Of a stretch of 64,000 bases of DNA, positions 12,993-26,129 are shown piece by piece. Source of the DNA: Felis catus (taxonomy: Eukaryota); assembly GCF_018350175.1 (NCBI RefSeq), contig NC_058368.1:216072001-216136000 (forward strand), written 5' to 3'. Within the stretch, counting starts at the first letter, position 1. Every line of letters begins with the position of its first letter. The notes under the pieces were generated by a model. The model ran no database searches and had not been told where the DNA came from. It saw nothing but the letters and a program-made list of their open reading frames with translations. A program made the translations under genes and the position numbers.

Positions 12993-13171
12993 AATACATT
13001 ATAACCAAAGAGGATAATTTAGGTATCTTTTTTTCCCTTTATGCTTTCATCCACATATAATGGTTCAAAAGATGAATTCAGATACATTTTCCATACCAAT
13101 GTGTTGTGAACTAAATAGTTATGTTGGTGTTTTGTAAGGCTACAAAGCGTTGTTCAATTTCCTTTTGAATT

Positions 13172-13396
13172 ACTCTTTATTTTAATTTTTAATGTTATTT
13201 ATTTTTGAGAGAGAGAGAGGGAGACAGAGCTCAAGAGTGAAAGGGGCAGAGACAGAGAGAGACACGGAATCTGAGGCAGGCTCCAGGCTCTGAGCTGTGA
13301 GCACAGAACCTGAAGTGTGGCTCGAACTCATGGACTGCAAGACTATGATCTGAGCTGAAGTCGGATGTTTAATCAACCTAGCCACCCAGGTGCCCC
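13172..13396 (-). mobile_element. Can-SINE
   Basis: SINE body; TSD tccttttgaatt. Confidence 0.9.
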
Positions 13397-13794
13397 TCCT
13401 TTTGAATTCTTAAACTATTATTTTTTCAATCCATCAGACCTCATCAAAATGGAAAGATTACATTTAGAATCTAATGTATGAGACAACTTGTTTTTAAAAT
13501 AAATTATTCCCTATGGCATCATTTAAATCAAGTGGGTGAACTTTGGCTAATGAGAATATGTATGTTAAGACATTGTCTGTTTCTCCTTAATAGCATTTTT
13601 CTAGAAAATCATGACTGTTATGTTAATTCAGAATTCAGGATATTTTTTATCCTTCCATGGAGCTAATGATAACTTGATATTATAGTAATGCGGCATTTTG
13701 ATTGTAAATTTCTCATACATAAGGACACATGAACTACATACTACAAGGTAGCCAAATTACTTTACAACCTACAAGTTTAAAAATTCCAATAACA

Positions 13795-14044
13795 GGGACA
13801 CCTGGGAGGCTTAGTTTGTTGAGTGTCCGACTTGAGCTCAGGTCATTATCTCACAGTTTGTGGGTTTGAGTCCCCCGTCGGGCTCTGTGTCCTCAGTGCG
13901 GAGCCTGGAGCCTGCTTTGGATTCTGTGTGTGTGTCTCTCTCTGTCTTTCCCCTGGTTGCACTTTGTCTCTGTCTCTGTCTCTCTCTATGTCAAAAATAA
14001 ATAAACTTTAAAACAATTTAAAAAACTAAAAAAATAAAAATAAA
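13795..14044 (+). mobile_element. Can-SINE
   Basis: SINE body, (CT)n, A tail. Confidence 0.9.
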
Positions 14045-14443
14045 ACTTCTGATAACAGTGAAGACACTATATGGAGAAAATATTTCTCTTTAACTGAGTG
14101 GACACCAGATTCATGTTAAATACATCAGAAATAGGTTGATTCATAGACATGAAAATAGCTTTTTATCTTATGAACAACACTAATAGATTCTTTTTAAGGC
14201 TATGAAATAGAATTTTCTGAGCCTTTTGTAGGATCTTACCTCAAAGAACATTTAGAATTTATTCATTTATTTGTAGTTAAAGCTAAATTTTCAACTCCCA
14301 TATTGATATTCTTATAGAAAAGTAAAATTGTTAAATCAATTTTAAAACAGCATTATAAAGTGTCATACAGAGGAACTTTAAACTGAACTGGATATTCTTG
14401 TCCTTCAAACATAAATATAATTGATACTGGTATACATATATAT

Positions 14444-14663
14444 ATTTTTTTTAATTTTTGTTTTACATTTATTTATTTTTGAGAGACACAGAGAGAGCAT
14501 GAGCAGGGGAAGGGCAGAGGGAGATGGAGACACAGAATCCGAAGCAGGCTCCAGGCTCTGAGCTGTCAGCACAGAGCCCGACACGGGGCTCGAACTCACA
14601 GACCGCGACATCACGACCTGAGCTGAAGTTGGATGCTTAACTGACAGAGCCATCCAGGCGCCC
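14444..14663 (-). mobile_element. Can-SINE
   Basis: SINE body; TSD ctggtatacatatat. Confidence 0.92.
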
Positions 14664-14695
14664 CTGGTATACATATATTTTTATGATTCTTTTTT

Positions 14696-14900
14696 ATCAA
14701 CGTTTATTTATTTTTGGGACAGAGAGAGACAGAGCATGAACGGGGGAGGGGCAGAGACAGAGGGACACACAGAATCGGAAACAGGCTCCAGGCTCTGAGC
14801 CATCAGCCCAGAGCCTGACATGGGGCTCGAACTCCCGGACCGCGAGATTGTGACCTGGCTGAAGTCGGACGCTTAGCCGATTGCGCCACCCAGGCGCCCC
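14696..14900 (-). mobile_element. Young felid SINE (SINEC_Fc)
   Basis: Near-consensus; TSD tatgattctttttt. Confidence 0.93.
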
Positions 14901-15420
14901 TATGATTCTTTTTTAATATACAGAGAATATACTTACAATTTTTCTTTAGAGCACAATGGCATCGTTAGTAAATGTCCAGAAAGTCATAGTTTAAAATAAT
15001 AATTGTTTATTATATACTAAACTGAAGCTTGAATAAATTTTACAATTATTTTGAGTATGATGTATGAGGTTTAGGCAATTCATTTAAAAAAATGAAATAA
15101 AGAATGACTTGTAAGTCCTAGAATATTTAGAATTCAAGATGCTATTTTCTTCATGTCTATTTACTATTTCTATCCATTTAAAGCCCAGTTAATCCTAATT
15201 ATTCCCCAAATATAACTGAAGGGTCATTGCCGTTAGGAATCATTCTCCACATTCTCTTAATTTATATTTCCTTCTTTAGTACCCCCCACCCCACTACTTA
15301 ATTTAAGAGTCAAACTTACGAGGATAGAAACATTGCACAATGAATGGAGAATTCAAGAAATATATAGATCATGGAATCTAAATTTTCTTTATGGCAATTA
15401 TCATTATTAAATAGTTACCT

Positions 15421-15639
15421 TTTAAAAAATTAAAAAAATTAAGTTTATTCATTTTTGAGAGAGACAGAGACAGAGTGTGAGCAGGGGAGGGGCAGAGGGA
15501 GACACAGAATCCGAAGCAGGCTCCAGGCTCTGAGCTGTCAACACAGAGACAACCTGGGGTTCCAACTTATGAACCGTGAGATCATGACCTGAGCCAAAGT
15601 CTTTGGACACTCAACTGACTGAGCCACCCAGTCGCCCCT
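15421..15639 (-). mobile_element. Can-SINE
   Basis: SINE body. Confidence 0.9.
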
Positions 15640-16032
15640 GAAAAAATTTTTTTAATAAATCAGGGACTCATTGGTAATGGTCTAATATGTTCAAGGAGAC
15701 TTTTACCAAATTAAAAGAGAGCTAACTATAATTTCAGGAATTTATTAAAATAAAAAATACAGTTTTCAGGAAGACTCATGGCCTATGATCAACAAATTCT
15801 CTCATGTAAGCTAATTTACATAAAAAGCCAAATTAAAATCATGAGGTTGTTTGGTGAATAGACAGGAACTTGGAACAAAAGGGAGTGGATATGTCATCTA
15901 ATGAGTTAGTGTTGTCGAGTAAAATTATCCTGATGCATCCTGCTTCTCCAGGGGTGTATACCTCCCACTGCTCCATATGGACTACTATTTTGTCCTTATG
16001 GGGTCAGGAACCCACTCCTCTGAACAGTGAAA

Positions 16033-16033
<1 letters not shown>

Positions 16034-16080
<47 letters not shown>
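16034..16080. repeat. (CA)n microsatellite
   Basis: Directly visible. Confidence 0.95.
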
Positions 16081-16081
<1 letters not shown>

Positions 16082-16840
16082 TTCAATTCTCAGCTTTTTT
16101 TATCTTCTTATTTTTAATCAGCCCACACTCTGACCAATGTGCCTATAATGGGATATAGAAGAGGACCTTCTGTATTGTGAATATTTTAGAAAACCTGGAG
16201 AGAATGTGTGATAAGTGCTCTGCCTTTTCAGGGGTTAGGCAATCTGTGCAAGACTTACTCAGACGGCAAAATCAGAGTAGCAACTATTCCATGGGATTGT
16301 CTAGGTAAGGGAAGACTCTCTAAAAATAAGTTGAGGAGGTTCTTTGAAGACATCCATCTCAGCAAAGAGAGGAGTGCTATTACTCTTCTACTTCCATGGG
16401 GGCAAGGAAGTGTTCTTCCCATCTTCAAAGCAAAGGAAGGTCAAGAGAAATCCTACAGGTAAAACAGAGATGAATCTCCGAAGCAGAGACTAACCTCACT
16501 GTGTTTCTATGGGAGGGAAATTAGAGAAACCGAAGGCATTGTATCTGTTTTTGCTTTTGAAATGACAAGGTCTTGGGATGAAAGCTATTAGAACTACTAG
16601 TGATTTCAGGGCAAAGAGAAAGGGCAGGAATCAGTTAACTTTCACTTCTGTTTGGGATGGCAAGGATACCTGATGCTACTTTTCAGCCTTGTGTGGACTC
16701 CACTGGGATTTGTACACAAAAAGTCATTTTGAAAAGATTTGGCCAGAGGATACCTGCTTTGGTGAAGAAGGCTTGGAAGAAAATCAGCTGCACATGCACT
16801 ACTTAGGGGACATAAACAGAAATGGTACTGGAACCAGTGT

Positions 16841-17050
16841 GGGGCATCTGGTGGCTCAGTCGGTTAAGCCTCTTGAATTCAGCTCAGGTCATAATCTCAT
16901 GGTTCCTAAAATCAAGCCCCTGTTGGGCTCTGGGCTCTGGGTTCTGCACTGACAGCATGGAGCCTGCTTGGGATTCTCTTTCTCCTTCCCTCTCTCCCCC
17001 TTCTCCACTCTCTCCCCCTTTCTCCTTCAAAATAAATAAACATTTTTAAA
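16841..17050 (+). mobile_element. Can-SINE
   Basis: SINE body and tail. Confidence 0.88.
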
Positions 17051-18387
17051 AACCCTGAAAAAATAGTATTAGTATTAGTGAATCAATCATATAAGTGAAT
17101 GAAACAGAGATAGAGGCAGCATTCCCGCACCTGCCATCAAAGAGTGGTCCTGATGAAAGATCATGATGGCACCAGTCGTTTCTTAAATGACTCTACCTGT
17201 AATCCATCGCGCTGGAAATTCTTGCTACAGAGTACGAGTAGTAAAATGAAAGGACCAGGTAGAGAAACACCAGCTAAAACCAAATACCGGTCTCCAATCC
17301 AAAAGGTAAATAGAAACCAATGGCCTAAAGAACTTGAAATTGGATATGATGGTGTTGAATTAAACTGGCCCAATTTTTTAAAGAAACTTAAAGTAACCAA
17401 ACAGCTACAGGATCTTTCTGGTAACTGCAAAACACTGTATTTGAAAAAAAAAAATCTGATCACATGGCAACAAAATCTGTCCATTTGATAAAATAGCTTT
17501 AGTGTTTTTTTAATAGTTATATTAACATGTGCTTTAATCCATATCTCCCTGTCTTTCTGTGTCTCCCATTTTTCCTATGTGATTATTGCTCTAAAGTATA
17601 TAAGAACCTGGTAATTTGCTGTTATTAGAATTCATTTGTAAATAGCTAGCTTCCCCCTATGGAATAAAATATGTTACAAAGAAAAGTAAAAAGTGGGAAA
17701 ACTTCTCCTTTGAATTAATTTCTTAGTAGGACATCAGGTGCTTTGACATACACCACCCTTCTGGAGTTAATAAAATAGTAGATAAAGCTTGCACACTGCA
17801 AAGTGTCCAAACAGTAGGGTACATTAAGACTGATAATGCTGCCCTTCCGTCCTTACTTCAAAGCTAAATCACGATGATGATTATGAAAATTATCGTATTC
17901 TGTATCAATGACATCTTCCTCTAGGCACAGAAAATGACAACAAATTGAAGTCATGCCTATGGCCACATTCTGGTAAGTTCCTTGTCCACATGTTAGCACA
18001 CTCATCACGTGATCGTCTTTAATAAAGCCCATAGAGACTAGTGTGCTGCAGACCGAATAAGAGTTATCCACGTTGGCTAGCGTCCAGAAGGAAGGACACA
18101 TGTGAGGAGGACGCATTTCCTCTATAATTAATGACGACTAGCTCTTCTGACCAGAGAGCAGAGCCACAAAACACAAAACTGACACAAAATGTTGAGGAGG
18201 AGGAGTGTCACTTGGAAGCAAAGGTCTGGAGTGATCAAGAAAGACGGAAGGTAGAGACAAAAAAAATGTCTTTCAGTTGGCAACAGATGAGGGAGATACA
18301 AGGGTGTAGGGTCCAGAGCATTACTGGTCATGAGAACTGCTCTGTAACAATTATTTCTATATTTATAACCAGCATCTTTATGCATCA

Positions 18388-18608
18388 TCTCTCTTTCTCT
18401 CTTTCCCTCCCTCTGTTCCTCTCCCTCTCCTCCCCTTTCCTCCCTCCTCCCTCCCAATCTCCCCTCTCTCTCTCTCACCCCCTCCCTCTGTCTGTCTTTC
18501 TGTCTATCTCTCTCTCTTCCTCCTTCCCTCCCTCCCCCTCTCTTTCTCTTTCTCTCTCCCTCTTTTTCTCCCTGCCTCCCTCTCTCTCTGTCTCTCTCTT
18601 TTTTTCCT
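18388..18608. repeat. Polypyrimidine (CT-rich) low-complexity tract
   Basis: About 220 bp almost exclusively C/T. Confidence 0.9.
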
Positions 18609-19423
18609 GTGGGAAAAAGAGAAACACATAGTGAGGCATTAGAAAACATATTACTTTGACATAGTTAAGCCAATTATTTTAAACGAGTGAATTATTGGAA
18701 AGAAAGTGCGATATTTGCAATATAGTCATAGAGAGAATTGTCCAGGATTGAATAAATAAAGTGTAAACTGTTTGTTGAGACTTATCCTTCAATTTATGTC
18801 TCCTCTTAGAAAGGAAATGCTATCAAAGTTAGAGTGATATGGATTTTATACTTTCTTTGTCTTCCTTCCATTCCCTTTGCAAGGACATTTTTCCTAAAAT
18901 TGCAGTACCAGAGATATTATTTATCTTGAAGGTTATTCCAGCACAAGTTACATCCTTAGTAAATTTCATTTACTTACAGCAAATATGAAAGGCAATGATC
19001 AAATGAATGATAGAAATGTTTCTTTCCTTGTAAAAATGAGTAAGTAGGTAATACAGTTAATAGGTGGAGGTCCTTTTAAAAACAGAAATTCTCGATGTAA
19101 AATTTTGTACTCTATAAAACATGTTTTATTTGTTGCTCCTTGTTGTAGTTATAGCAGCCAAAGTTTGAGCAGGAAAGACAGCTTCTGATTTGACGTGATG
19201 ACTATTATATCCCTATGGAATAATCATGGTTCTAGATTTGTTAAATTGAACACTAATTTTTGTCAAAGATGTCAAAACTCAGCCATTTCTTATGGTCCAG
19301 TGCAAAAGGTGGTCTTGGGATGGAGAGAAGTAAGGGTGACTTTACTGTCTGCATTCATGATTAGGACCCTTTTGTCCAATATGATCTCTGTCTTGATATA
19401 TACTGTAGTGTAAGCCCTGATAA

Positions 19424-19642
19424 TTTTTTTTAATTTTTTTTAACATTTATTTATTTTTGAGACAGAGAGAGACAAAGCATGAACGGGGGAGGGTCAGAGA
19501 GAGGGAGACACAGAATCTGAAGCAGGCTTCAGGCTCTGAGCTGTCAGCACAGAGCCCGACGCGGGGCTCGAACTCACAGACCGCGAAATCGTGACCTGAG
19601 CCGAAGTCGGACGCTTAACCGACTGAGTCACCCATGCGCCCC
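19424..19642 (-). mobile_element. Can-SINE
   Basis: SINE body, CpG-rich. Confidence 0.92.
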
Positions 19643-20462
19643 AATAATTTTTTAGTTTGTATGTTTTTGTTTTTGTTTGTTTGTTTTTTAGAAGGCAAGT
19701 GCCTGACTTAATCTTTCATTGCCAGGGCATCCATTTCTAAGAAGGCCCAAAGAGCCAGGCAGCCCTATATCTTCCCGTGCTCTGTTTTAAAATTTCAATA
19801 AATGACCATTTTGGCTACTTGCTTTTTCTCTTCCTGTCTAAAATTACTGCTCTTATGTTTTAAATTCACCAATAATGAGTGAGCCTAAGAAATGTCAGGC
19901 CCCTCCTTGGACGCTGATAAAAGCAGACCCCAGTGCATGCACTCTGTCACTCTTTCCCCTCCCTGCACCCAGATCTCACAATGTGTCCCTAGGTGTGCCT
20001 TGTGTGGTCCACAGCTTGTTAAGCAAGAAAGTTTATTGTTTCAAAGTTTCTTGATGGTTATTGCTAAAGGGCATCTTGCAATAATAGTAACAACAAGGGC
20101 CAATCCAGCTACAATCCTGGTTAACAATAGGCCAGGACAACATATACATACATACTCTATCTTTAAATATAATGGTTTGATAAAATGTCCTTTAATGATA
20201 AAAACTTTTAACACTTGATTTCAAGTATAACCAATTGCCATTTCCCCTATAATCGGTACCATCCACATTATTTTGGCAATTACAGTTTCTTTGTCAGGCA
20301 AAAAATAAAGGCATGAGTTAAGGAAATATACAGAGAAATATTTATTAAGAAACAAAAGCCATATATCTTTGTCCTGGTCCACTCATAGATCAGACCTCAA
20401 ATTCTAAGCTGAGGCCCATAGCCAGTGCTTAATGAAAAAAGACACATCTAAAATTGCAACCG

Positions 20463-20690
20463 AGGGTCGCCTGGGTGACTCAGTCGGTTAAGCACCCAAT
20501 TTCTGCTCAGGTAATGATCACATAGTCTGTGAGTTAGAGCCCTGCGTGGGGATCTGTGCTGACAGCCCAGAGCCCAGAGCCTGCTTCAGACTCTGTGTCT
20601 CCCTCTCTCTCTCTCTCTACCCTCCCTTGCTCTCATGCTCTGTCTCTCTGTCTCTCTCTCAAAATAATAAATATTAAACAATTAAATAAA
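20463..20690 (+). mobile_element. Can-SINE
   Basis: SINE body; TSD aaattgcaac. Confidence 0.9.
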
Positions 20691-20964
20691 TTAAATTGCA
20701 ACTGAAACTGTAGTTTTGTTTTCTAAAATGAGTCACTTTACTTTTCTTGCAAAATATCAGTATATACTGATGAGTTAATCAACTATTTCTAGAATCCATG
20801 AGATACTAAAGTGCATATTAAATTAATAAGGAAAAAGATAGTAATCCAAGAATTAGTCAAAGATGGCTGAATTCTTTAGGTTCTATTTTCCAAAAAGCCC
20901 ATTACAAGAACATTTCTTCAGAAGAAAATATGTTCCTTCTGAACTGACTTATCTCCAATTCTTT

Positions 20965-21037
20965 TGTTCAATAATTGTGTTCTCCATTACAATGTTTGTA
21001 TGTGTTCAATAATTGTGTTCTCCAATCCAATGTTTGG
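20965..21037. repeat. Tandem duplication, 38-bp period
   Basis: tgttcaataattgtgttctcca at 20965 and 21003. Confidence 0.9.
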
Positions 21038-21113
21038 ATTAAAATGTGAAATCATGTTAAGCATTTTTATTATTAACACATATTTTATGAGGCCATGAGA
21101 TTTAAAGATAAAA

Positions 21114-21145
<32 letters not shown>

Positions 21146-21221
21146 GAATGAGAGTGAATGAGATAATATTAGATAATTTGTTGTGAGTTAAACAGGTTTG
21201 CTTTCAATTTATACAAAGCTT

Positions 21222-21430
21222 TTTTTTTTTAATGTTTATTTATTTTGAGAGAGAGACACACACAGTGGGAGCAGGGGAAGGGCAGAGAGAGAGGGAAACA
21301 CAGAATTTGAAACAGGCTCCAGGCTCTGAGCTGTCAGCACAGAGTCCAATGTGGTGCTTGAACTCACAAACCACGAGATCATGACCTGAGCTGAAGTCAG
21401 ACACTTGACCGACTAAGCCACCAGGCGCCG
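21222..21430 (-). mobile_element. Can-SINE
   Basis: SINE body. Confidence 0.9.
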
Positions 21431-22049
21431 CTCCTCCCCCTCTTTTTTTTAATGTTTATGTATTTTGAGAGAAAGAGTACACAAAGCTTTTTAATTAGTA
21501 CTTAAGCCATATGGATGTAAATACTACCTGTTACTGAAATTAGAAATATAGTACCTATTGGTAATCAATGTGAAATCAAATTAAGTGACACTATAACACA
21601 GACATAGACATTCAGTACCTTTTGCATTACAATATGTTCACTGAAGTTTTAAAGAAGAACAACAATCACAACATAAAAATTACTGAGCCAGATCATGTCA
21701 AGTTCTTTAAGGAACAGATGTGTAGTTTTTATGGTTCACTCAAGAGTAGCAAACACATTATTGTTTCTAGAGTGCATACACTTAAAACAATTATAAAGAT
21801 GTCAAAATTATGTTTCATTGCTTCCTCTTTTTTTTTCAATTGGTGTGCTGGAAATTTGTCATATTTTAGTCACATAGCAAGTTTTGAATACCTCTGATTA
21901 TGTTTAAGTACATTCTCATACTGTAACTTATTTCTCACAAAAGGACAAGTAAAATTTTGCTTTCCTGCCCTCTCTTACAGCCAGAATAGTTCCCAATGGT
22001 TCCATCTTCTCAATTTTAAATTTGGAATTCTCATCCAGAAAAGACAATG

Positions 22050-22381
22050 AAGGCGGCAAATACCACACATTGTATGTGCTTGAAAATGATGGCCGAATCA
22101 CCTGGGTGTCTGGACCATAATTTAAAAAAAGAGTCTCTGGCATTCAGCACCCACATCAACCCTGTCAGATGCGGTGACTCTGGCCCTGCCAGTTGTGATC
22201 TTTGTTGTAATGACCCCAGGCTGGGACATACAGTCGCTAGTAATACCTATGCCTGACTTCACGACCCACTCAAAGATCCAAATACCTTTCAGTAAATTCC
22301 ATTTAGACTTCAATTGAGTAGTTTCTTTCCTTTTTTCTTTTTCTTCTTCCTTTTTTTCACTTAAGAATCCTGACTATATCA
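22050..22381 (+). mobile_element. Probable 5' LTR of ERV-L element (LTR16/LTR33-like); left boundary uncertain
   Basis: Ends cagtaaattcc...aagaatcctgactatatca, resembling ERVL LTR termini, directly before gag-like sequence. Confidence 0.5.
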
Positions 22382-23335
22382 GAAATTGATGACAAATGTA
22401 GTTACAGGCAATAGAACCTCAAGGAAATGAAGCCTTACGCATGGTTATTTGGCCTTATTGGATTACCAGTCAGGAAGGATCCACCTGATATTGAAAAATG
22501 AGACTAGCAATGTCTGCCAGGTAGTAACAAAAGAGTTATTTAAATTTTCAGCCATGGTTACTGATATGATCTACCTATACTTAGTGTGTCTAGTGAGATG
22601 ATGCTAGCATGAGGAATATAAGGGATATAGGATAGGCTGCTTGCTTCTAATCTTACGGCAGCCTTATAGAAAAATAATGACTCTCTCAATTTCTCCACTT
22701 GGGGAATGGTTAGATAAATAGTTGTCTATGGCTGTGCTGAAAGAATTTATCTCTAAGTCACTGCAGAACTAAAGTAACCAAGAATCAAATTCAAAGACTG
22801 CAGAATTGTAATGTCATTTGAATCATCAGCTTCACTGGGTCTTTTATTTGAAATTCAGGGAATTCTTGTTAAGGTGTGAGACCCTGAGAATTACAATGGA
22901 GCCATATGGGAGGTATAGGTCATTCAGAAGATAGCAGCCTTCCAAACCCTACTTAATTTCCTTTGCCAGCAAGAGTTATTCTTCCTTTCTTTTGTGTGTC
23001 TATTTCTATTTTGATTAAAGGTCTTACAATAATCTGTTTTAGGCAGGTGCCTTGTTGGGGATGAAGATATTTTTCAACCTTCACCCTGACCTCACTTCAT
23101 TGCCTCCAATTTTATACTCAAGTCAATTCCTGTTTGTTTGGGAGTAGATGAGGTTGGATAAGACCAGGAATAAAGTTTCATAGCAGAATAGTTTCAAGAT
23201 TTTGCTAGAAGGTATTACTTAAAATGTAGAGAAGGTATGTGGAGTTGGATTCTGATGTTTTTAGGTCTTTAAAAACATAGTATGAGAATTAATATGCATA
23301 TACATGCCAGAGATTCTGAACTCATTGCACTAGTT

Positions 23336-23559
23336 AAGTGGTGGATAAACTCTCTTTGCAAAAGGTCAGATACGAAACATTTTAAACTTTACAGACCACG
23401 TTATTTCTGTCATGACGACACAACTTTGCCATTGCATTAAGAAGATAGCCATAGTTAATACATCAGTGAATAGACACAACTGTACGCCAATAACAATGTA
23501 TTCACAAAAATTGGTAGTGTGTTGGGTTTGAACCATAGGCTGTACTTTGCTGACCCTTG
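23336..23559 (+). mobile_element. MER58A-like hAT-Charlie DNA transposon nested in ERV-L gag
   Basis: aaaggtcagatacgaaacatttt...caactttgccattgc...ataggctgtactttgctgacccttg; about 224 bp. Confidence 0.75.
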
Positions 23560-25014
23560 TGTTAGCTCATACACTATTATAATTGTAAATGTTTGTTCAC
23601 GTGGTTGACTGAAATCTCTGCTACAGAGTGAACAAAAGCTAAATGAGTTTGAAATGACAAAAGAATACATTCAAAAGAGTTTGATCAAGAAGTTGATCAC
23701 AGATTCTCCAAACGAAGCTCCTGCTAAGGTCCTACTGTATACCGGACGTGTAATTGAAAAGGAGGTTTCAGGCATGGTGAAGCAGTACTCGGACATTCAT
23801 TATGGGCTCTCACCTACATCTCAGATTTAAATTATTATACAGTCCTTAAGCTTCTTGAATGAATTCAAGGCTATTTTTCTTAGAAAAAAAAAAACCCTAT
23901 GAAGCATTAGAGATATATGCTGTAAACCTTCCTCCTACCCTTTCTCAAAGAAATCTATGGCAAATTGTTAGAATAATTATTCCAGGAGACTGGGAACTAT
24001 TTTAAGAGGTCATTCATTATTAGAAACCCTCTTTAGTTAACACAAATATAAGGGGACCAAGCATGCCACTGTTAATCAGTCAACACAGAAGCTGACTAGG
24101 GTCTAGACATTTAATTTAAGTTTTGATTATGTCCAATTCAAGGGGCATCCACCTGGATCATGAACATCGTTTGCAGTTATTTACACAGTTCCTGAATTAT
24201 GTGCTCAGCAACAGACAGAAGCCCCACATTTTATTCCCAATTCCTGGTTAGGAAGAGTCAAGAGCCCTGGGATCTTTCTCTTTCTGTCAAAGTAGTAAAT
24301 CAAAACTCCTACTGCATTTCTCAGAAAATTGTAGACATGAGTGCCACCATCAAGGATGTGAAAAATGCGTGCCGTTTACTTTTACTCGTGTTTGCTTTTC
24401 AAAAGACGGACACATTGAGATGTTTTCAATGAATTTTCATAAACATATTTAGCTGCACCTCCAAATATATTTGAGAAGAGGTATGTGTGAGTCTGCTTAA
24501 CTTGAACAAATATACCTGGAACCTGGTATATAGCTATTGACCTAGACGTCTGTTTTTTTTCAACATACAAATAATCAAAACACTAAAAATAATTTGCTTT
24601 GAATGGCAAAAGACTTTTTGATATCTAATCACAGAGACATAAAGATTCTAAAGCACTGTGCCAGTTTTGTCTACAATAACTTAAATATATTCTTACATAT
24701 AGATTCTAAGGCACTGTGCAAGTTTTGTCTGCCAGGATGTAATGTTTTGTTCTTGATTTTTTGATTTTTTTCATTTGATGGGATACCATGATGATGTATT
24801 ACTATGATTGCATCTAGCTAATAAGAAAATGAGAATGAGAAGTAGCAGACACATTATATTTTGGTAAAATTTATATATGACAGAAAATGACAAATACAGT
24901 ACACTGACGAGTTTCTTGGTGTTCAAGCAATGGAGATTTTTAGGATATCCTCTCCCAATGAAAAGTAATTGATGGCTTCTCATAGTCCCTATCCCTAAAA
25001 AAATAAGAACAGTG

Positions 25015-25545
25015 TTCCTGCCGTTAACTACAACATGGATGAACTTGGAAGTCATTATGCTAAGGGAAATATTCCAGACACAGAAGAACAAATAGTGCAT
25101 GATAATCACTGGTATCAGGAATCTAACATAGTCAAACTTACAGAAGCAGAGAGTGGAATGGTGGTTACCAGGGTCTGGGACAAGAAAGAAGCGAGGAGGT
25201 GCTGATCAAAGACTGTGCAGTTTTACTGATGCAAGATAATTAAGTCATAAAGATCCACTGTACAGCATAGTGCATACAGTTGACATTACTACCTTGTACA
25301 CTTAACCATTTATTGAGGGTAGATCTTACACTGCATCTTCTTATCAGAAAAAGAAAGGATAAGATAAAACTTCCAGAGGGGATGGATAAATTTCGGACAT
25401 TGCATATGATGACATTTTCATAGATGCATACTTATCTTCAAGCTCATCGAGATGTACACATTAAATATGCAAAACATTTTGGATGTCGATTACACCCAAA
25501 TGAAATGAAACAAAAAAAATTAAATTAAATAAAATAAAATCAAAA
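25015..25545 (+). mobile_element. L1 3' end (L1MA/L1MB-like) nested in ERV-L pol
   Basis: acaacatggatgaacttggaagtcattatgctaag...agaagcagagagtggaatggtggttaccaggg; A-rich tail; pol resumes after it. Confidence 0.85.
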
Positions 25546-25842
25546 TTTGAAAGTCTACTGCTTGATGGACTCCTTTGGATATTGGAAACAATACAAATCG
25601 CCCTGGGATATGCTGCTCTGATCCGTTTCCTAAGTGACTCAAAAGTTGGACACTTTCCAGTGGCCTGCAAAGTGGACAAAGTCAACCAAACGGACTCAAA
25701 TAATACATCATGCAGACAACTCTGTGATCTGGCCCCAGTGACTAGTAAGTCCAAGAAAACTTGACATTTCCATTGCAAATCATGTATGTTAATTGCCTTC
25801 ATGGAGCTTATATTCTAATGACATAGACAAAAAATAATTTTC

Positions 25843-26070
25843 TTTCTTTTTTTTTTTAATTTTTTTTCAACGTTTATTTATTTTTGGGACAGAGAGAGAC
25901 AGAGCATGAACGGGGGAGGGGCAGAGAGAGAGGGAGACACAGAATCCGAAACAGGCTCCGGGCTCTGAGCCATCAGCCCAGAGCCTGACGCGGGGCTCGA
26001 ACTCACGGACCGTGAGATCGTGACCTGGCTGAAGTGGGACGCTTAACAGACTGCGCCACCCAGGCGCCCC
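25843..26070 (-). mobile_element. Young felid SINE (SINEC_Fc)
   Basis: Near-consensus; flanking repeat aaaaaataatttt. Confidence 0.94.
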
Positions 26071-26129
26071 ATAAAAAAAAATAATTTTATTTCTAATCCA
26101 ACATAAATTTTACATTTTTTCTGTTTATT

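Larger units (their letters stand above)
22382..25740 (+). mobile_element. Decayed ERV-L (class III) internal region: gag, pro and RT
   Basis: DPENYNGAIWE and WSWIL (gag); KVVNQNSYCI..DMSATIKDVKNA (ORF 24199-24432), PGTWYIAIDL, YHDDVLL (YIDD box), FLGVQ and FGYWKQ (pol). Confidence 0.85.

Noticed and set aside
17161..17800. Minus-strand LQKGGVC and a hydrophobic stretch resembling retroviral Env TM
   Set aside because: No CX6CC motif or proper spacing; the similarity is too weak to support.
17853..18116. HRDLALK resembling a kinase catalytic loop
   Set aside because: It is immediately followed by a stop, and no other kinase motifs (VAIK, DFG, APE) lie nearby in frame.
18128..18649. 173-aa and 166-aa overlapping ORFs
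   Set aside because: They stay open only because the CT/GA low-complexity tract lacks stop codons.
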